The position numbers and the translations under genes are program-made. From an uncultured Chloroflexia bacterium (GTDB taxonomy: Bacteria; Chloroflexota; Limnocylindria; Limnocylindrales; CSP1-4): DNA of 64,000 bases. The stretch is from assembly GCA_963748625.1 (NCBI GenBank), contig CAVVJT010000010.1:256001-320000 (forward strand), in the 5' to 3' direction. The notes below the pieces were generated by a model. The model did no database searches. It saw only the letters and a list, made by a program, of their open reading frames with translations, and was not told the origin of the DNA. Of this stretch, positions 62,055 through 64,000 are shown piece after piece (the first letter of the stretch is position 1; every line of letters begins with the position of its first letter).

Positions 62055-62675
62055 TCAGCGGGCGCTCCTGCATGCGACCAGCACCGCATCGACAGGCACC
62101 CGCTCCCCCGCCCCGGCGTCGCCTCGCCGGACGGTGTCCTGCCGGGCAACGTCGAACCCGGCAGGCAGCGCCGCGGCGATCTCGGCCGCGGTGAACAGGA
62201 CGTCAGGATCCTGCGGACCGCCCACGCCATCGGTCAGATTGGTCCGATCGTGGCCCACCACGAGCAGCGTGCCGCCGGGGGCAACTGCGGCGGCGGCAGC
62301 CGCATACACCGCGTCACGCTCGGTCGCGGGCAGGTGGATGAACATCAGCAGGACGAGGTCGAAGGCGACGGCGGGTGGCGCCCAGGTGAGCAGGTCGGCC
62401 TGGACCCAGTCGACGGTGAGGCCGTGAGCCTCCGCTCGCGTCGCCGCTCGAGCAAGTCCGACGGCGGAGAAGTCCACCCCGGTCGCCGTCCAGCCGGCCG
62501 ATGCAAGCCAGGTGGCGTTGCGGCCATCCCCGCAGCCGAGGTCGAGGGCGGTCCCCGGCACGAGGCCTGCCGCCACCTCGACGAGCGTGGGATCAGGGGC
62601 ATGGTCCTCGATGGGATCGCGCGCGCCATGGCGCTCGTCCCAGAGCTCCTGGCGGGTGCGCGGAACCTCGCTCAC
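62055..62675 (-). CDS. Class I SAM-dependent methyltransferase
   Basis: ALDLGCGDGRNATWLA, GVDFS, FDLV, APGG; GTG overlaps the PadR stop. Confidence 0.9.
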   Translation of the reverse strand: MSEVPRTRQELWDERHGARDPIEDHAPDPTLVEVAAGLVPGTALDLGCGDGRNATWLASAGWTATGVDFSAVGLARAATRAEAHGLTVDWVQADLLTWAPPAVAFDLVLLMFIHLPATERDAVYAAAAAAVAPGGTLLVVGHDRTNLTDGVGGPQDPDVLFTAAEIAAALPAGFDVARQDTVRRGDAGAGERVPVDAVLVACRSAR

Positions 62676-63157
62676 GAGTGCGATCCCTGCTCGCGCTCCG
62701 CTCCAAGGCGATCCGCGCGTGCGCGAATCGAGCGCGGAAGCGTGACCCACTCCAGGTACAGCGCCTCGAACTCCGCGATCAGGCGCGCCCGCTCCTTCAT
62801 CACGGCGGCCCACTCGTCAAGCGCGGTCAGTCCGGCTTCGGTCATCGTGTAGTCACGGCGAGCGGGGCCGCTACCGGTCGCCCACTGCGAGCTGACCAGG
62901 CCCTGCTTCTCCAGGTCGCGCAGGGTCCGGTAGACCTGGCCGACATCGACCGACCCGTTGGTGATGCCCAGCTCCGCGAGCTGCCCGACGATCGCGTAGC
63001 CGTGCTCACTGCCGCTTGCGAGCAGCGTCAGCACGAAGGGCTCCATCCAACGGTGGTGGATGCCCACCTGCGCCCATCCACGGTGCACGGGCGTCCCGTG
63101 GGCATCGTGTGCGGACGCGATCTCGAAGCCGCGTTCGCGGGCGGGCTGGTCATCCAT
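62672..63157 (-). CDS. PadR-family transcriptional regulator
   Basis: HGYAI, GQVYRTLRDLEKQGLV..W...GPARRDY.MTEAG. Confidence 0.9.
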   Translation of the reverse strand: MDDQPARERGFEIASAHDAHGTPVHRGWAQVGIHHRWMEPFVLTLLASGSEHGYAIVGQLAELGITNGSVDVGQVYRTLRDLEKQGLVSSQWATGSGPARRDYTMTEAGLTALDEWAAVMKERARLIAEFEALYLEWVTLPRSIRARADRLGAEREQGSHS

Positions 63158-63263
63158 TGGCGCGGAGCATAGATGGTCAGGACACATGGGGCGAGGCGAT
63201 TCCCGGTGGCGTCGATGCCGGAACGACCCCCGCGACCATCGTGGCTTTCGGTAGCCTGCGGGA

Positions 63264-64000
63264 ATGCCTGCCGTCGATCAGACCCTTGCCGCCATCGTCG
63301 ATGCCTTCCTGCCGGCCGCGGACGGCCTGCCCTCGGCCAGCGAGATGGGAATCCACCGGCGTCTCCTCGAGGAGGTGGACGCGCTCGGCAAGCCCGCCCT
63401 GCGGCGGCAGCTCGACCTGCTCCTGTGGGCGGCCGACTCACGCCTGGGAAACCTCGCGGTCTCGGGGCGCCCCGTGCGGGTCTCGTCGCTCGACCTGGCC
63501 GCGCGCCAGGCCTGGCTCAAGCGTCTTGCGGACAGCCCGATCCCCTTGCGCCGGACGGCCTTCCAGGACCTCAAGCGCCTCACACTCCTGCTCGCCTATG
63601 GGATCGAGGACTCCCCATGGCGCGCCCAGACCGGCTTTGTGGCGCCGGTGCCCGACGCGCCGTCCCCGAGTGCAATCCGCGTGCGCACGCCGCGCGCGGG
63701 CGAGACGCTCGAGGCGGACGTGGTGGTGATCGGCTCGGGTGCCGGCGGCGGGGTGACCGCGGACGTCCTTGCGGCCGCGGGACGGAAGGTGCTCGTGCTC
63801 GAGCAGGCGGCGATGGTCAGCGAGGACCGGTTCGGCGGACCCGAGCTCGATGGGCTGGGCGCGCTGTTCCTGGACCGTGGGCTCGCGGCGACGAGCGACC
63901 GGTGGATCTCGATCCGCGCCGGCGCCGCGGTGGGCGGCGGGACCGTCGTCAACTGGAGCTCGTCGCTCCGCGCACCCGCCGCCGTGCGGGACGAGTGGCG
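63264..64000 (+). CDS. GMC-family oxidoreductase (long-chain alcohol oxidase-like), 3' end outside the window
   Basis: MPAVDQTLAAIVDAFLP...DVVVIGSGAGGG..VLVLEQ...GAAVGGGTVVNW. Confidence 0.88.
   Translation, partial: MPAVDQTLAAIVDAFLPAADGLPSASEMGIHRRLLEEVDALGKPALRRQLDLLLWAADSRLGNLAVSGRPVRVSSLDLAARQAWLKRLADSPIPLRRTAFQDLKRLTLLLAYGIEDSPWRAQTGFVAPVPDAPSPSAIRVRTPRAGETLEADVVVIGSGAGGGVTADVLAAAGRKVLVLEQAAMVSEDRFGGPELDGLGALFLDRGLAATSDRWISIRAGAAVGGGTVVNWSSSLRAPAAVRDEW

Overview
This is a very GC-rich bacterial chromosome window. The RpoD and DnaG sequence style suggests Chloroflexota (Limnocylindria-like), which is an inference. Housekeeping and metabolic genes include msrA, tRNA-Asn(GTT), a SorC-fba-HAD-dhaL-dhaK operon, a rhodanese, dnaG-rpoD, glgC and a partial GMC oxidoreductase. 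The main candidates for new biology are five. (1) A ~17 kb operon of secreted proteins: a ~2700-aa repeat-rich scaffold, an S8 protease and three two-domain cupredoxin proteins. Their copper ligands are complementary, which suggests a heterotrimeric 'split' multicopper oxidase with one active site. Two NarL-type two-component systems and a ferric-reductase-like protein lie next to it. (2) An RpoD carrying a ~75-aa PTS EIIB-like insertion in region 3. (3) A Pol-beta-type nucleotidyltransferase-like protein divergently paired with a DEDDh exonuclease. (4) An ArsR-DsrE-TusA-MvhD-HdrL-HdrA-QmoC-hemerythrin operon with no HdrB or AprAB in the window. (5) A module of a catalytically degenerate PrsW, a C25 peptidase and a PepSY-like protein. 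The window also holds several non-coding repeat families (a CTAG-bounded MITE-like element and long palindromes with tandem-repeat flanks). Five single-base frameshifts are probably sequencing errors. All family calls come from motif recognition by eye, not from database searches.
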